A DNA stretch of 32,000 bases from Thermodesulfobacteriota bacterium (GTDB lineage Bacteria > Desulfobacterota > WTBG01 > JAGOGO01), in the NCBI GenBank assembly GCA_026625185.1, contig CP113000.1, forward strand, positions 1,215,622 through 1,247,621, in the 5' to 3' direction. Under the pieces are notes generated by a model. That model did no database searches, was not told the DNA's origin, and saw nothing but the letters and a program-made list of their open reading frames with translations. The first letter of the stretch is position 1, and each line of letters starts with the position of its first letter. A program made the translations under genes and the position numbers. Shown in pieces: positions 16,183 to 24,329 of the stretch.

Positions 16183-18087
16183 TCAGGGATTAACCCGCTG
16201 GTTAAAAACGACGTTTGCTTGAAGCCGCCCATTTTTTAACCAATCTTCAAAATACTTATTCGTTTTCTCGTAAAGATACTTTTTTTCTTCTTTGTTTTTT
16301 TTATCCGGAAACTCTTCGGGCGTCACTTCTTCTCTTGTTTTTAGTTTTATCAGATAAATTTTTCCGCCCACCTCAAATGGTTCTTTTGCAAAGGGCGCGT
16401 CAGGCCTCAGGCTAAAGGCGGCCACCATCATCTCGGGCGAAATTCCGATTTTGGGAATGTTGTTGGTTGTGCGAGTAAAAAGGCCTGTTTCTTTAATGGT
16501 TAGTTTTTCTTGATCTGTAAATGCCTCTGGAAAAGAGCTCCCCTGGATAAGCTTTTTAACCACTTCCTCGCCCCTTTTTTTGGCAGCTTTTTTTTGAGTT
16601 TCTTTTTTTAGAATTACCATTATTTTTTCTTTTGCTTCTCCCACCGGGGGGAGGTAGCTTTTCTTTTTATCCTCGAGCCGAATAATATAGTAGCTCTCAT
16701 TGATATACTTGGGTGAAGCTATTTCTCCAGGGTTAAATCCAAAAATTTCTTCCATAAACTCCCCGGAGTCTCTTGCTATAGGGGGGCTTTCATCTCGAGA
16801 AAAATAATTACTTTCAATTATCTTTAGTCCCTCTTGATCAGCATATCCTTTTAGGTCTTTCGTCTTAAGCAGGGTCCGGTAACCTCGATAAGCCTCCTTT
16901 TTCATGAGGTCTTGTGATTTTTCCTCGATGAGCTTCTTCCGGATTTCTTCCCTGGCTTCCTCGACTGGTTTTGTTCTCTCTTCTTTTATTTCCTCAACTT
17001 TAATTATATGAAATCCAAATTTAGTCTCAACCACCCCGCTCACCTCTCCGGGTTTAAGATCAAATGCGACATCATCAAATTCCTTTATCATTTGACCCCG
17101 GGAGAAAAATCCTAAATCCCCCCCTTCTTTGGCTGTGGTCTGATCCTGGGAATACATGAGGGCCATAAGCTCAAAAGGTTTTCCCCCCTTAATGAGAGAA
17201 AGAACTTCCTCGGCTTTCTTTTCAGCTTCTTTTTTCTCCTCGCTTTTTGCGCCTGGATTAACTTTGATTAATATGTGCCGAGCGTGGACTTTTCTGGGCT
17301 CCCAAAATTCCTCGGAAAAATTTTTATAGTACTCATCCATTTCCTCGGGAGAAACCGGGGTTTTGTTTTCAAAATCTTCGGGCGAAAATTTTAGATAACT
17401 AATTTTGATTTTTTCAGGCACGCGAAACTCTTCTTTATGTTTATCATAATAAGCTTTTATTTCTTCTTGCTTTGGCTCGTCCACATTGAAAAAAGTTTCG
17501 GGATCAATTTCCGCGAATTCAAGATCAACCTTTTCATTTTCCCAAATAAACTTTTCCTGGAGTTCCTTTTCGGAATATTTCACTCCATCGATTACCAAAT
17601 CTCTTATTCTAGCAACCATGAGTCCTTTTCGCTGATCTTTTTCAAATTCTTGCGGAGTGACTTTGTTCTGATTCAAAAGCTCCTGATATGCTTGGTCGTC
17701 AAATTTTCCGTTCTTTTGAAATCCGGGTATTGCTTCAATGGTTTTTTTCAGCTCAGCTTCCGGGACCACCAGTCCGGCCTTTTTCGCGGTTTCCAGCAAA
17801 AGAACTTCGTTAATAAGATTGTCAGTGATTTGTTGCTTTATCCCGAGTTGTTCAATCAGCTCCGGGGCCAGGTCAACCTGGTAAATCTTTTTGTAGTAAT
17901 CTATCAGCTGCGTGTAATATTTCCGATATTCGGCTGCCGAAATAGTGGTCTTGTTTACTTTTACCATCCAACCTTCTTGCCTTTCGCGGATGTCGGCCCA
18001 GCCAAAATACAGCACGAAACTAATAATGAGAAAAGGGAGAAAATAGATAAAAATTGATCTCGAATATTTTCTTAAAACACTAAGCAT
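16183..18087 (-). CDS. ppiD: PpiD-like periplasmic chaperone / parvulin-type peptidyl-prolyl isomerase
   Basis: It has an N-terminal membrane anchor, a SurA-N-like region and a parvulin domain (ARHILIK...GGDLGFFSRGQM...FGFHIIKV). The start is placed at ATG 18087 (MLSVLRK...) with GAAAGGA upstream. Confidence 0.8.
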   Translation of the reverse strand: MLSVLRKYSRSIFIYFLPFLIISFVLYFGWADIRERQEGWMVKVNKTTISAAEYRKYYTQLIDYYKKIYQVDLAPELIEQLGIKQQITDNLINEVLLLETAKKAGLVVPEAELKKTIEAIPGFQKNGKFDDQAYQELLNQNKVTPQEFEKDQRKGLMVARIRDLVIDGVKYSEKELQEKFIWENEKVDLEFAEIDPETFFNVDEPKQEEIKAYYDKHKEEFRVPEKIKISYLKFSPEDFENKTPVSPEEMDEYYKNFSEEFWEPRKVHARHILIKVNPGAKSEEKKEAEKKAEEVLSLIKGGKPFELMALMYSQDQTTAKEGGDLGFFSRGQMIKEFDDVAFDLKPGEVSGVVETKFGFHIIKVEEIKEERTKPVEEAREEIRKKLIEEKSQDLMKKEAYRGYRTLLKTKDLKGYADQEGLKIIESNYFSRDESPPIARDSGEFMEEIFGFNPGEIASPKYINESYYIIRLEDKKKSYLPPVGEAKEKIMVILKKETQKKAAKKRGEEVVKKLIQGSSFPEAFTDQEKLTIKETGLFTRTTNNIPKIGISPEMMVAAFSLRPDAPFAKEPFEVGGKIYLIKLKTREEVTPEEFPDKKNKEEKKYLYEKTNKYFEDWLKNGRLQANVVFNQRVNP

Positions 18088-18231
18088 CGCCTTTGTCCTT
18101 TCTTCAATAATAATCCTTGCCAACCGGTTTTTTACCAATATTGGCCAAATTTCGTGCCAAGTCTTTTATAATCACCCAAAAAAATTATGTCAAGTTTTTT
18201 ACCTTTTTTCATCGCGAGAATGGGAAGACTG

Positions 18232-18353
18232 ATACCAAGTCGCCTTCATTTGTATATCTTTGTTGGCTCCTCGTCATACTTCTCGACGTACTTAAATGGA
18301 CGCCTGCGTGGATTCCTCGTCGCCGCCTCGAACTTTTGAATGCAACTTGGTAT
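18232..18353. repeat. Intergenic ~125-bp repeat with inverted termini, copy 1
   Basis: The unit ATACCAAGTCGCCTTCATTTG...TGAATGCAACTTGGTAT recurs at 28211-28335 in the same orientation, roughly 85% identical by eye. The termini ATACCAAG / CTTGGTAT are inverted repeats. Confidence 0.7.
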
Positions 18354-18652
18354 GAACCATCGCGTTACGATGAGTTGAACCTGGCCGGTGATTAAGGCAT
18401 GCTTGTTTGCGGGGAAAAACCAATTGGGGCGTTATTGTTGCCTCGGCAATAAACTCCATCCACAGACGCGATACCTATTTACTTGATTTTGAGGATAGTA
18501 AAAGAAAAAGTGAAAATTTTGGACAAGGTTCCCCTCAATTCCCACCAATATTTAAGATGCGGCTTCGCTTATTTTATGAACTTCTGCAAGTCCATCAACA
18601 GACCGAGAGCGGATAAGCCCCTGACCGGGATGAGGGAGGCATTAATAAAGGC

Positions 18653-18698
18653 AACGACGTAAGTGCCGGAGATTTATTGTTCCGGCCCGTACGTCGTT
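18653..18698 (-). terminator. Long hairpin downstream of slyD-like gene (possible terminator)
   Basis: AACGACGTA...TACGTCGTT forms a 9-bp outer stem enclosing a CCGGA/TCCGG inner stem. It lies about 60-100 nt past the slyD stop. The U-tract on the minus strand is weak. Confidence 0.35.
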
Positions 18699-18755
18699 TG
18701 GATATAGAATTAAAACATACCGTTTTTAAACAAGTTTAAAGTATTATAATTTCTG

Positions 18756-19277
18756 TCAGCAGCAGCATCCTCCTTCTCCGCAACCCCCCCCAACATTGCA
18801 ATTGTCGGATGAAGTGCAGCCACATCCACCTTGATCCTGGGTTGGTGTATTGCTGATTCCGACCACTTCAATATCAAAGGTCAATGCTTGGCCGGCGAGA
18901 GGGTGGTTTAAGTCCAATACAATGTTTTCATTATCAATCTTAATAATCTGCGCAGGCACCTGACGGCCATCCGGGGTTTGAAGGCCAATAAGCTGCCCCA
19001 CTTCAGGATTTGCACCGGGCGGGACTTCCGATAACGGGAAATTATGCAGCAGCTTTTCTTCTCTCAGGCCGTAGGCGTCTTCCGGTGCAAGCGTAAACGT
19101 TTTTTTCTCCTTTAAAGCCATGCCCATAAGCGAGTTCTCAAACCCTTTTATCAATTGGCCGCTTCCCATCAGTATTTCAAGAGGCATCCGGCCTTCACTG
19201 CTGTCGAATACTTCTCCGTTATTGAGGGTTCCTTTATAATGAATGCTGACGTACATGTTGTTTTCAACTTTTTCCAT
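18756..19277 (-). CDS. slyD: FKBP-type peptidyl-prolyl isomerase, SlyD-like, with Cys-rich C-terminal tail
   Basis: The FKBP and IF domains read VSIHYKGTLNNGEVFDSS...LIKGFENSLMGM...LDLNHPLAGQALTFDIEVV. The tail is GGCGCTSSDNCNVGGGCGEGGCCC. Confidence 0.85.
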   Translation of the reverse strand: MEKVENNMYVSIHYKGTLNNGEVFDSSEGRMPLEILMGSGQLIKGFENSLMGMALKEKKTFTLAPEDAYGLREEKLLHNFPLSEVPPGANPEVGQLIGLQTPDGRQVPAQIIKIDNENIVLDLNHPLAGQALTFDIEVVGISNTPTQDQGGCGCTSSDNCNVGGGCGEGGCCC

Positions 19278-19893
19278 GAAATTCTCCTATCCTTATGTTT
19301 ATTTTTTTATAAAAATTTTTAATAAAATATACATGAATGAATTTATGTCAAGTAAATATATGTTATTTCTAATCCGCGCACCTCTTGTTGATGAACCTTA
19401 ACTATATAATAATTAGAGTTATTATTGCAGGGTAGGGAGCGTATGCAAATCGCAGAAAATTTTTCAATAAATTTCGAGAACGCCTCCAAATGGACAATAA
19501 AGATCCTCCCGGCGGAGACGTTTATGCGGCTTCGTAAAAATAACTCCTCTGGAGCTTCACAAATTCCAGGTTAGCGGATTTGCAGACACAGACGAAGGGC
19601 TTGTAAAAATCCTGCGGCAGGAAGTACTCGCATGACAAAGGGAAGGGGTAAGGTTTGGACAATGTTTGCTTTTTTGTTGACTTTTATTCCGGATAGTATT
19701 AAAAAAAGCTAAAAATAACAATCCTACATAAAGATAATCACGATACAGGGAAAGAGTGTCTTGATGGGAAAATTTTTTGACATAGATGAAAAATTAATAA
19801 GGCCGAATCGCCGTAAATAGAGGTGATGGGCTTTTTTTGTTATTAGACAAATCCCCTCGAGAGAGGGGTGTCACAAAGTGACGGGGTGTGTAA

Positions 19894-19980
19894 GAATGTG
19901 TTGATCGCACAACAATGATTTATACACACGTTTTGAGCAAGGGCGGTCTGGGTGGGCGCAGTCCGGTAGATACTTTATGA
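19894..19980 (+). pseudogene. C-terminal remnant of a tyrosine recombinase (integron-integrase/XerCD-like tail)
   Basis: The frame reads ECVDRTTMIYTHVLSKGGLGGRSPVDTL*, which contains the catalytic-Tyr block TTMIYTHVL..GG.G..SP.D.L. A TAA lies immediately upstream and the rest of the gene is absent. Confidence 0.5.
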
Positions 19981-20167
19981 ATATGTCCTATGGGGATTAT
20001 ACGGAAACCATATAAGAAACAAAGATTATCGTTTTATAGAGCTATGCATTTGAATTCATGAAAATTTAAGCAATTGTTTTTATGCGTGTTATACGGACGG
20101 AAAAAGGTAGATAAAATTTATCTGGAAACCATATAAACAGTAGTTAGGCCACATACGGGGTGTAGAA

Positions 20168-21127
20168 ATGGATCCCTATCAGGAGAAATTTCTAAGAAAT
20201 GAGTTCCTGTCAATGTCAGTTCTAGGTGCACTGGGGAGATCGAGAACATATTCTGAGTCTGCCTCAGAGGCAGCCAAAACCCAGTTTCGTAAAGCCCTTC
20301 GCGAAAAGCTTGATGAAGTATCAAAAAGTTACAAATCTATCGTCCCAGAAGAAGAACATTTATCCAACATCAAGAATCTATCGGAAGACCTTACGTCAGA
20401 ATTCCGGCATTGTCTGAGGAATGGCAGGTTAAGGATCGGCATTGTACAGAAGGCTCTGAATCTTTATCTCAAATATTTGTGGTGTGTAAACCTCATTGCG
20501 CCGCCTCCGCATTGCCCATTTGATTCAATCATTATTAGATGTCTTTGCAATTGCAGCGATTTACACTGGACATCAATTGATACTCTTGACGATTACAAGA
20601 GATTGGTGAAGGGTGCACAGAGAGTAGCTGATGGTAGGCCTCTGACGGAATGGGAACTTGAGATTTGGTTAATGGGTGTCCAGTCGGAACGGAAGCGAAA
20701 AGGGACAGAAGCGTCAAGAACTGACAAGGGAGTGGAGGGAGGACTGCCGGAGCCATTTCGACCGAGTACCTCGAATATTGATAAAGAAGAGGAAGCCGTA
20801 ATATCGGGTACGGTCACGAGCCAAGGTGTTGACAGTAGCAAAAAGGATATTTGCGAGATCTTAGTCAGCAAGGCAAGTGCGGACAGCTTGCCGCATGAAT
20901 ATGGGCAAAAGAAGTATATTGATATGACCATAGGAAACATCCCCTACGAAGCTGGTGTCCATGAAACCCAAAAAGGTGTGGTCTGGATATCTTCAGTGCT
21001 GTATAGGAAAACACCGAGAAGAGAAAAGGCAAAGCTTGTTGATGCTTTGGCGGAGATCGGAATAGAAAAAGGGGACAAGGTAACAATCACTAGGAACGAA
21101 GATGGCACCTTTTTGCTTCAGGCATAG
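20168..21127 (+). CDS. Hypothetical two-domain protein
   Basis: This is a clean ORF. The N-terminal ~165 aa contain RIGIVQKALNLYLKYLW...PPPHCPFDSIII...WTSIDTLDDY. An acidic/Ser-rich linker follows. The C-terminal ~100 aa end in GIEKGDKVTITRNEDGTFLL, which loosely resembles a swapped-hairpin/AbrB fold. I do not recognise the family. Confidence 0.6.
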   Translation: MDPYQEKFLRNEFLSMSVLGALGRSRTYSESASEAAKTQFRKALREKLDEVSKSYKSIVPEEEHLSNIKNLSEDLTSEFRHCLRNGRLRIGIVQKALNLYLKYLWCVNLIAPPPHCPFDSIIIRCLCNCSDLHWTSIDTLDDYKRLVKGAQRVADGRPLTEWELEIWLMGVQSERKRKGTEASRTDKGVEGGLPEPFRPSTSNIDKEEEAVISGTVTSQGVDSSKKDICEILVSKASADSLPHEYGQKKYIDMTIGNIPYEAGVHETQKGVVWISSVLYRKTPRREKAKLVDALAEIGIEKGDKVTITRNEDGTFLLQA

Positions 21128-21146
21128 AAATACAGCACTGCATGAT

Positions 21147-21510
21147 CATGAGTGTGTCCGTACTTTGATTATGGAAAAGAGAGAACGAAAGGAGGTACCA
21201 GAATGAACGATGTCATAGGAATTGCTTGGTACAAGGACGAGGCTACTTACCGCAGAGCGCTTGCGATCTTTATTGATCCCAAGAATATGCCCGCCACGTT
21301 TGAAGACTGGCAAGCTCTTGTCGGAAGGGAACGCGAAGAAATTAAGGGCGCCGGCAACATCGCTCTTCGCGTGGACGTCGATCCGGAAACATTTAAAGTT
21401 TGGTGCAATGCGCATGAATTTCTACCCGATTCGCAGGGTAGAATGGCGTTCGTCAACCATGTCGAGCTCGCGTATGAGAAGACCGGCAAAGAAACGATCA
21501 TTGAATAGCT
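21147..21510. repeat. 364-bp direct repeat, copy 1 (contains the intact 101-aa gene)
   Basis: It aligns base for base with 25535-25898 at an offset of 4388 nt. I counted about 14 substitutions by eye and no indels. Confidence 0.9.
21203..21508 (+). CDS. Small hypothetical protein (101 aa), intact copy
   Basis: ATG 21203 follows AAAGGAGG. The product starts MNDVIGIAWYKDEATYRRALAIFIDPKNMPATFEDWQALV.... I recognise no family. Confidence 0.6.
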   Translation: MNDVIGIAWYKDEATYRRALAIFIDPKNMPATFEDWQALVGREREEIKGAGNIALRVDVDPETFKVWCNAHEFLPDSQGRMAFVNHVELAYEKTGKETIIE

Positions 21511-21549
21511 TTCTAAAAAAGCTAAATTCAGTCTAACAATGAGAATTCT

Positions 21550-21759
21550 ATGGATATTTCATTGCCTTTGGATAAAATGACAAGTTTGGATAAAATAGCG
21601 GTAATGGAAAAACTATGGGACGATCTCTGCCGCGATCCCGAGGGTATTCCATCTCCAAAATGGCACGAGGAAGTCCTAGAGGCGAGGCAAAAGGGGGTAA
21701 AGGAAGGAAAAGCAAAGTTTATACTTTTTGATCAGGCTAAGGAAAGAATCAGGGATTAG
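21550..21759 (+). CDS. Putative addiction-module antitoxin (Unstab_antitox / TIGR02574-like)
   Basis: The sequence LDKMTSLDKIAVMEKLWDDL...IPSPKWHEEVLEARQKGVKEGKAKF fits the L..eR..L...LW.sL....p.W...L..R pattern of this antitoxin family. A toxin-like start follows 5 nt later. Confidence 0.65.
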   Translation: MDISLPLDKMTSLDKIAVMEKLWDDLCRDPEGIPSPKWHEEVLEARQKGVKEGKAKFILFDQAKERIRD

Positions 21760-21764
21760 ACTAA

Positions 21765-21830
21765 ATGAAAATCGAAATCCTTGATGCTGCCGAGAAAGAT
21801 TTGCTTGATGGATACCCATCTCTCTCTTAA
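21765..21830 (+). pseudogene. Truncated RelE/ParE-type toxin (first ~17 codons only)
   Basis: MKIEILDAAEKDLLDGY is a typical ParE/RelE N-terminus. The ORF stops after 21 codons where unrelated HAD-derived sequence begins. Confidence 0.4.
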
Positions 21831-21831
21831 A

Positions 21832-22127
21832 AGTTTAAATATTATCAACAGATTAAAATTTATTGTCACAGGCGATAAGGTTGCGAATGGGGAGCCGGCA
21901 CCTGATATTTACCTGGAAGCGGCAAAACATTAGCCGTTGAGCCAGTTCACTGCATCGCCCTGGAAGATTCTTCACTCGGAGTAAGAGCAGCAATCTCAAC
22001 AGAGATGACAACACTCCTTATCCCTGATCTTGTCAAACCAAGTGAGGAAATAACTGCTTCAGGTTTTGCCGTGCTTTCTTCTTTAACAGAGGCAAAAACA
22101 GTGATTGAAGACTTATTATTGGATTAA
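21832..22127 (+). pseudogene. C-terminal remnant of a HAD-superfamily phosphatase (beta-PGM-like), frameshifted
   Basis: The frame reads KFIVTGDKVANGEPAPDIYLEAAKH, then shifts by 1 nt at about 21930 and continues LAVEPVHCIALEDSSLGVRAAISTEMTTLLIPDL.... These are HAD motifs III/IV. The N-terminal half is missing. Confidence 0.55.
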
Positions 22128-22246
22128 CCTGAACCCGTTATTCTAATCGATGGCTACCGCCGCTGCCCCTGGCAGGGCGCAAGGGATGTTTTGCTTGAAG
22201 GCATGGGCGAAGCGTATGAACAGAAAACAGCAGGGAGTAAAATCAG

Positions 22247-23596
22247 ATGATTACAGCACTAACGATGTTCAAAGTGGGAAAGGGGATGATTTCAAAACTA
22301 GCAACCCAGTTGGGCGCCATTGATGAAGTGGTGGAAGTGCTCTCGATTACCGGGGAATATGATCTCATTGCCAAGATTCAAGTCAAAGAATATGAAAGTC
22401 TGTCTGATATCGTGACGGAAAAAATGCAGAATATTGACGGCGTCCTGGAAACAAAAACCATCACCGCCTTTAAGACCTACAAGTTCAGTGAGCTTGCAGA
22501 AGGAGCCCCGGCTGCATTGATTGCTACCCCTCCTTCGCCCGAAGACATGGTTGAGGTCATCGAGACCGGCAAAAAGAAGATCAAGCCGATTCTTTCCAAA
22601 CTTACCCAGAATTTCGACCTGGAAAGAAATGAAATTTATTCTGTTATTGATGCCATCAACGCCGGAGAACTGACCGACGTTCAGATCGCAGGTTTTCTGG
22701 TCGGCCTGCTCAGCAAGGGACCGAGCATCAAGGAGGTGGCCTACATTGCCCAGGCGATGCGCAACAATTGTGTGCCGATGAAGGTTTCTCTGAACTCGGA
22801 CCTGACCGATACCTGCGGCACCGGAGGCGGGCTGGCCACCTTCAATGTCAGCACGGCCAGCGCAATTTTGACCGCAGCAGCTGGTGTTCTGGTGGCCAAG
22901 CACGGAAGCCGGTCCATCTCATCGTCATCGGGGAGTGCGGATGTGCTTGAGTCTCTTGGCGTCAATATCAATCTGACACCCGAACAGGCTTCAAGGTTGA
23001 TCGAGGATTGCGGCATCAGCTTTATCTATGCTCCGAACTTTCACCCCGTGATGCTCAAAGTCTTCGGCCCGGAAAACCAGCTGGGCATTAAATCAATATT
23101 CTTTACGATTATCGGACCGCTCATTAATCCCTTGAGGGCCAGAAACCATACAATCGGGGTGTACAAGCCGGAACTGGTTTCCCTGATGGCCGATGTAGTG
23201 TCGGAAATGGATTTCAACCATGTCATCGTCGCCCATGGAATGGATGGTTTGGATGAGATATCGCTCATCGGCAAGACGTTGGTGGCAGAAATCAAGAACA
23301 AGCAGATCAAACACTACGAACTCTCTCCGGAAGATTTTGGCATGAAACGTTGCACCCTCGAGGATATCGCCGGCGGCTCTCCGGACTTCAATGCCCAGGT
23401 CATTCGAGATATATTTGTTGGCAAAGAACGCGGACCCCGCAGGGACTTTCTGACCTTGAACAATGGTGCAGCCCTCTATGTCAGCGGTAAAGTCCCCAGC
23501 ATTCAGGAAGGTATTAAATTGTCCAACTACCTGCTCTATTCCAAAGCGGCACTGAGAAAACTGGAAGAACTGGCTGCAAAATCAAACGCCTTTTAA
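22247..23596 (+). CDS. trpD: Fusion of an Lrp/AsnC-type RAM ligand-binding domain with anthranilate phosphoribosyltransferase (divergent TrpD)
   Basis: Residues 1-80 (VEVLSITGEYDLIAKIQVKEYESLSDIV...GVLETKTITAF) look like an AsnC_trans_reg/RAM domain. The remainder is glycosyltransferase family 3 / TrpD: DTCGTGGG-LATFNVSTASA, VAKHGSRSISSSSGSADVLESLG, GPLINP, HGMDGLDEIS. The Gly-rich loop reads GTGGGL where I recall GTGGDG for canonical TrpD. Confidence 0.75.
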   Translation: MITALTMFKVGKGMISKLATQLGAIDEVVEVLSITGEYDLIAKIQVKEYESLSDIVTEKMQNIDGVLETKTITAFKTYKFSELAEGAPAALIATPPSPEDMVEVIETGKKKIKPILSKLTQNFDLERNEIYSVIDAINAGELTDVQIAGFLVGLLSKGPSIKEVAYIAQAMRNNCVPMKVSLNSDLTDTCGTGGGLATFNVSTASAILTAAAGVLVAKHGSRSISSSSGSADVLESLGVNINLTPEQASRLIEDCGISFIYAPNFHPVMLKVFGPENQLGIKSIFFTIIGPLINPLRARNHTIGVYKPELVSLMADVVSEMDFNHVIVAHGMDGLDEISLIGKTLVAEIKNKQIKHYELSPEDFGMKRCTLEDIAGGSPDFNAQVIRDIFVGKERGPRRDFLTLNNGAALYVSGKVPSIQEGIKLSNYLLYSKAALRKLEELAAKSNAF

Positions 23597-23624
23597 GTGG
23601 TGTCTGTTTATCAGGAGCAGTGAA

Positions 23625-24329
23625 ATGAAAATATCATTGTCAGAATCCTTTCGTAAAAGAAAGCAGGAAGGATTTTTCCCGGTGATTTCGGAGATCAAGG
23701 TCCGGTCGAAAAAGGAAGGCGACCTCCTCGGCGGCCGTGACCCCCTAGATCTGGCAAGGGAAATGGCGGCCTGCCCGATTGCCGGGATCAGCGTCGTCAC
23801 CGAATCGGAACATTTCTCCGGCAGCATGGCATTGCTTCGTCAAGTCACTTGCGTCGTCGACCTCCCCGTGCTACAAAAGGATTTCATCACCACGGAAGAC
23901 CAGGTCAGGGCGTCAGCCGAAAACGGCGCCTCAGCCGTATTGCTGATCACCGCGATGCTCACCGACGGACAGCTCGTTGCGCTGACCGATACGGCCAGAA
24001 GATACGGTCTGGAATCTCTGGTGGAAGTGCACGATGTCCAGGAGTTGAGAAGAGTGGAGCTGCTTGATTTCGACCTCCTCGGCATCAACAACCGGGATAT
24101 CACTATTCTTGAATGCGATGACACGGATGTGAGCCACACCCAGCGTCTGGCCGGTTTCTGCCCCGTCGGCAAATTGCTGATCAGCGAAAGTGCGATTAGC
24201 AGTGCCGAAGATGTGCGGCGCGCTGGCAAAAGCGGCGCCGATGCCGTCTTGGTTGGTACTGCCGTCCTGAGGGCTCCAAGCATTACCGAGCTGTTAACCG
24301 AAATGGCCTCTGTGGGATGGCCGGTATGA
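23625..24329 (+). CDS. trpC: Indole-3-glycerol-phosphate synthase
   Basis: Motifs are VISEIKVRS, LQKDFI, GASAVLLI, LVEVH, GINNRDI and ISESAI. At 234 aa it is somewhat short at the N-terminus. Confidence 0.8.
   Translation: MKISLSESFRKRKQEGFFPVISEIKVRSKKEGDLLGGRDPLDLAREMAACPIAGISVVTESEHFSGSMALLRQVTCVVDLPVLQKDFITTEDQVRASAENGASAVLLITAMLTDGQLVALTDTARRYGLESLVEVHDVQELRRVELLDFDLLGINNRDITILECDDTDVSHTQRLAGFCPVGKLLISESAISSAEDVRRAGKSGADAVLVGTAVLRAPSITELLTEMASVGWPV

Noticed and set aside
18117-18395. ORFs 18117-18395 and 28137-28358 as a conserved small-protein family encoded by the ~125-bp repeat
   Set aside because: The two ORFs read the shared repeat in different frames and give unrelated peptides, so the plus-strand similarity is at the DNA level only.
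19894-21550. An integron cassette array (intI remnant plus attC-bounded cassettes)
   Set aside because: Only a GTTAGGC core-like heptamer (20143-20149) and a GTCTAAC (about 21531) were seen. There is no paired inverse core or imperfect palindrome of attC type, and the integrase tail points towards the putative cassettes rather than diverging from them.
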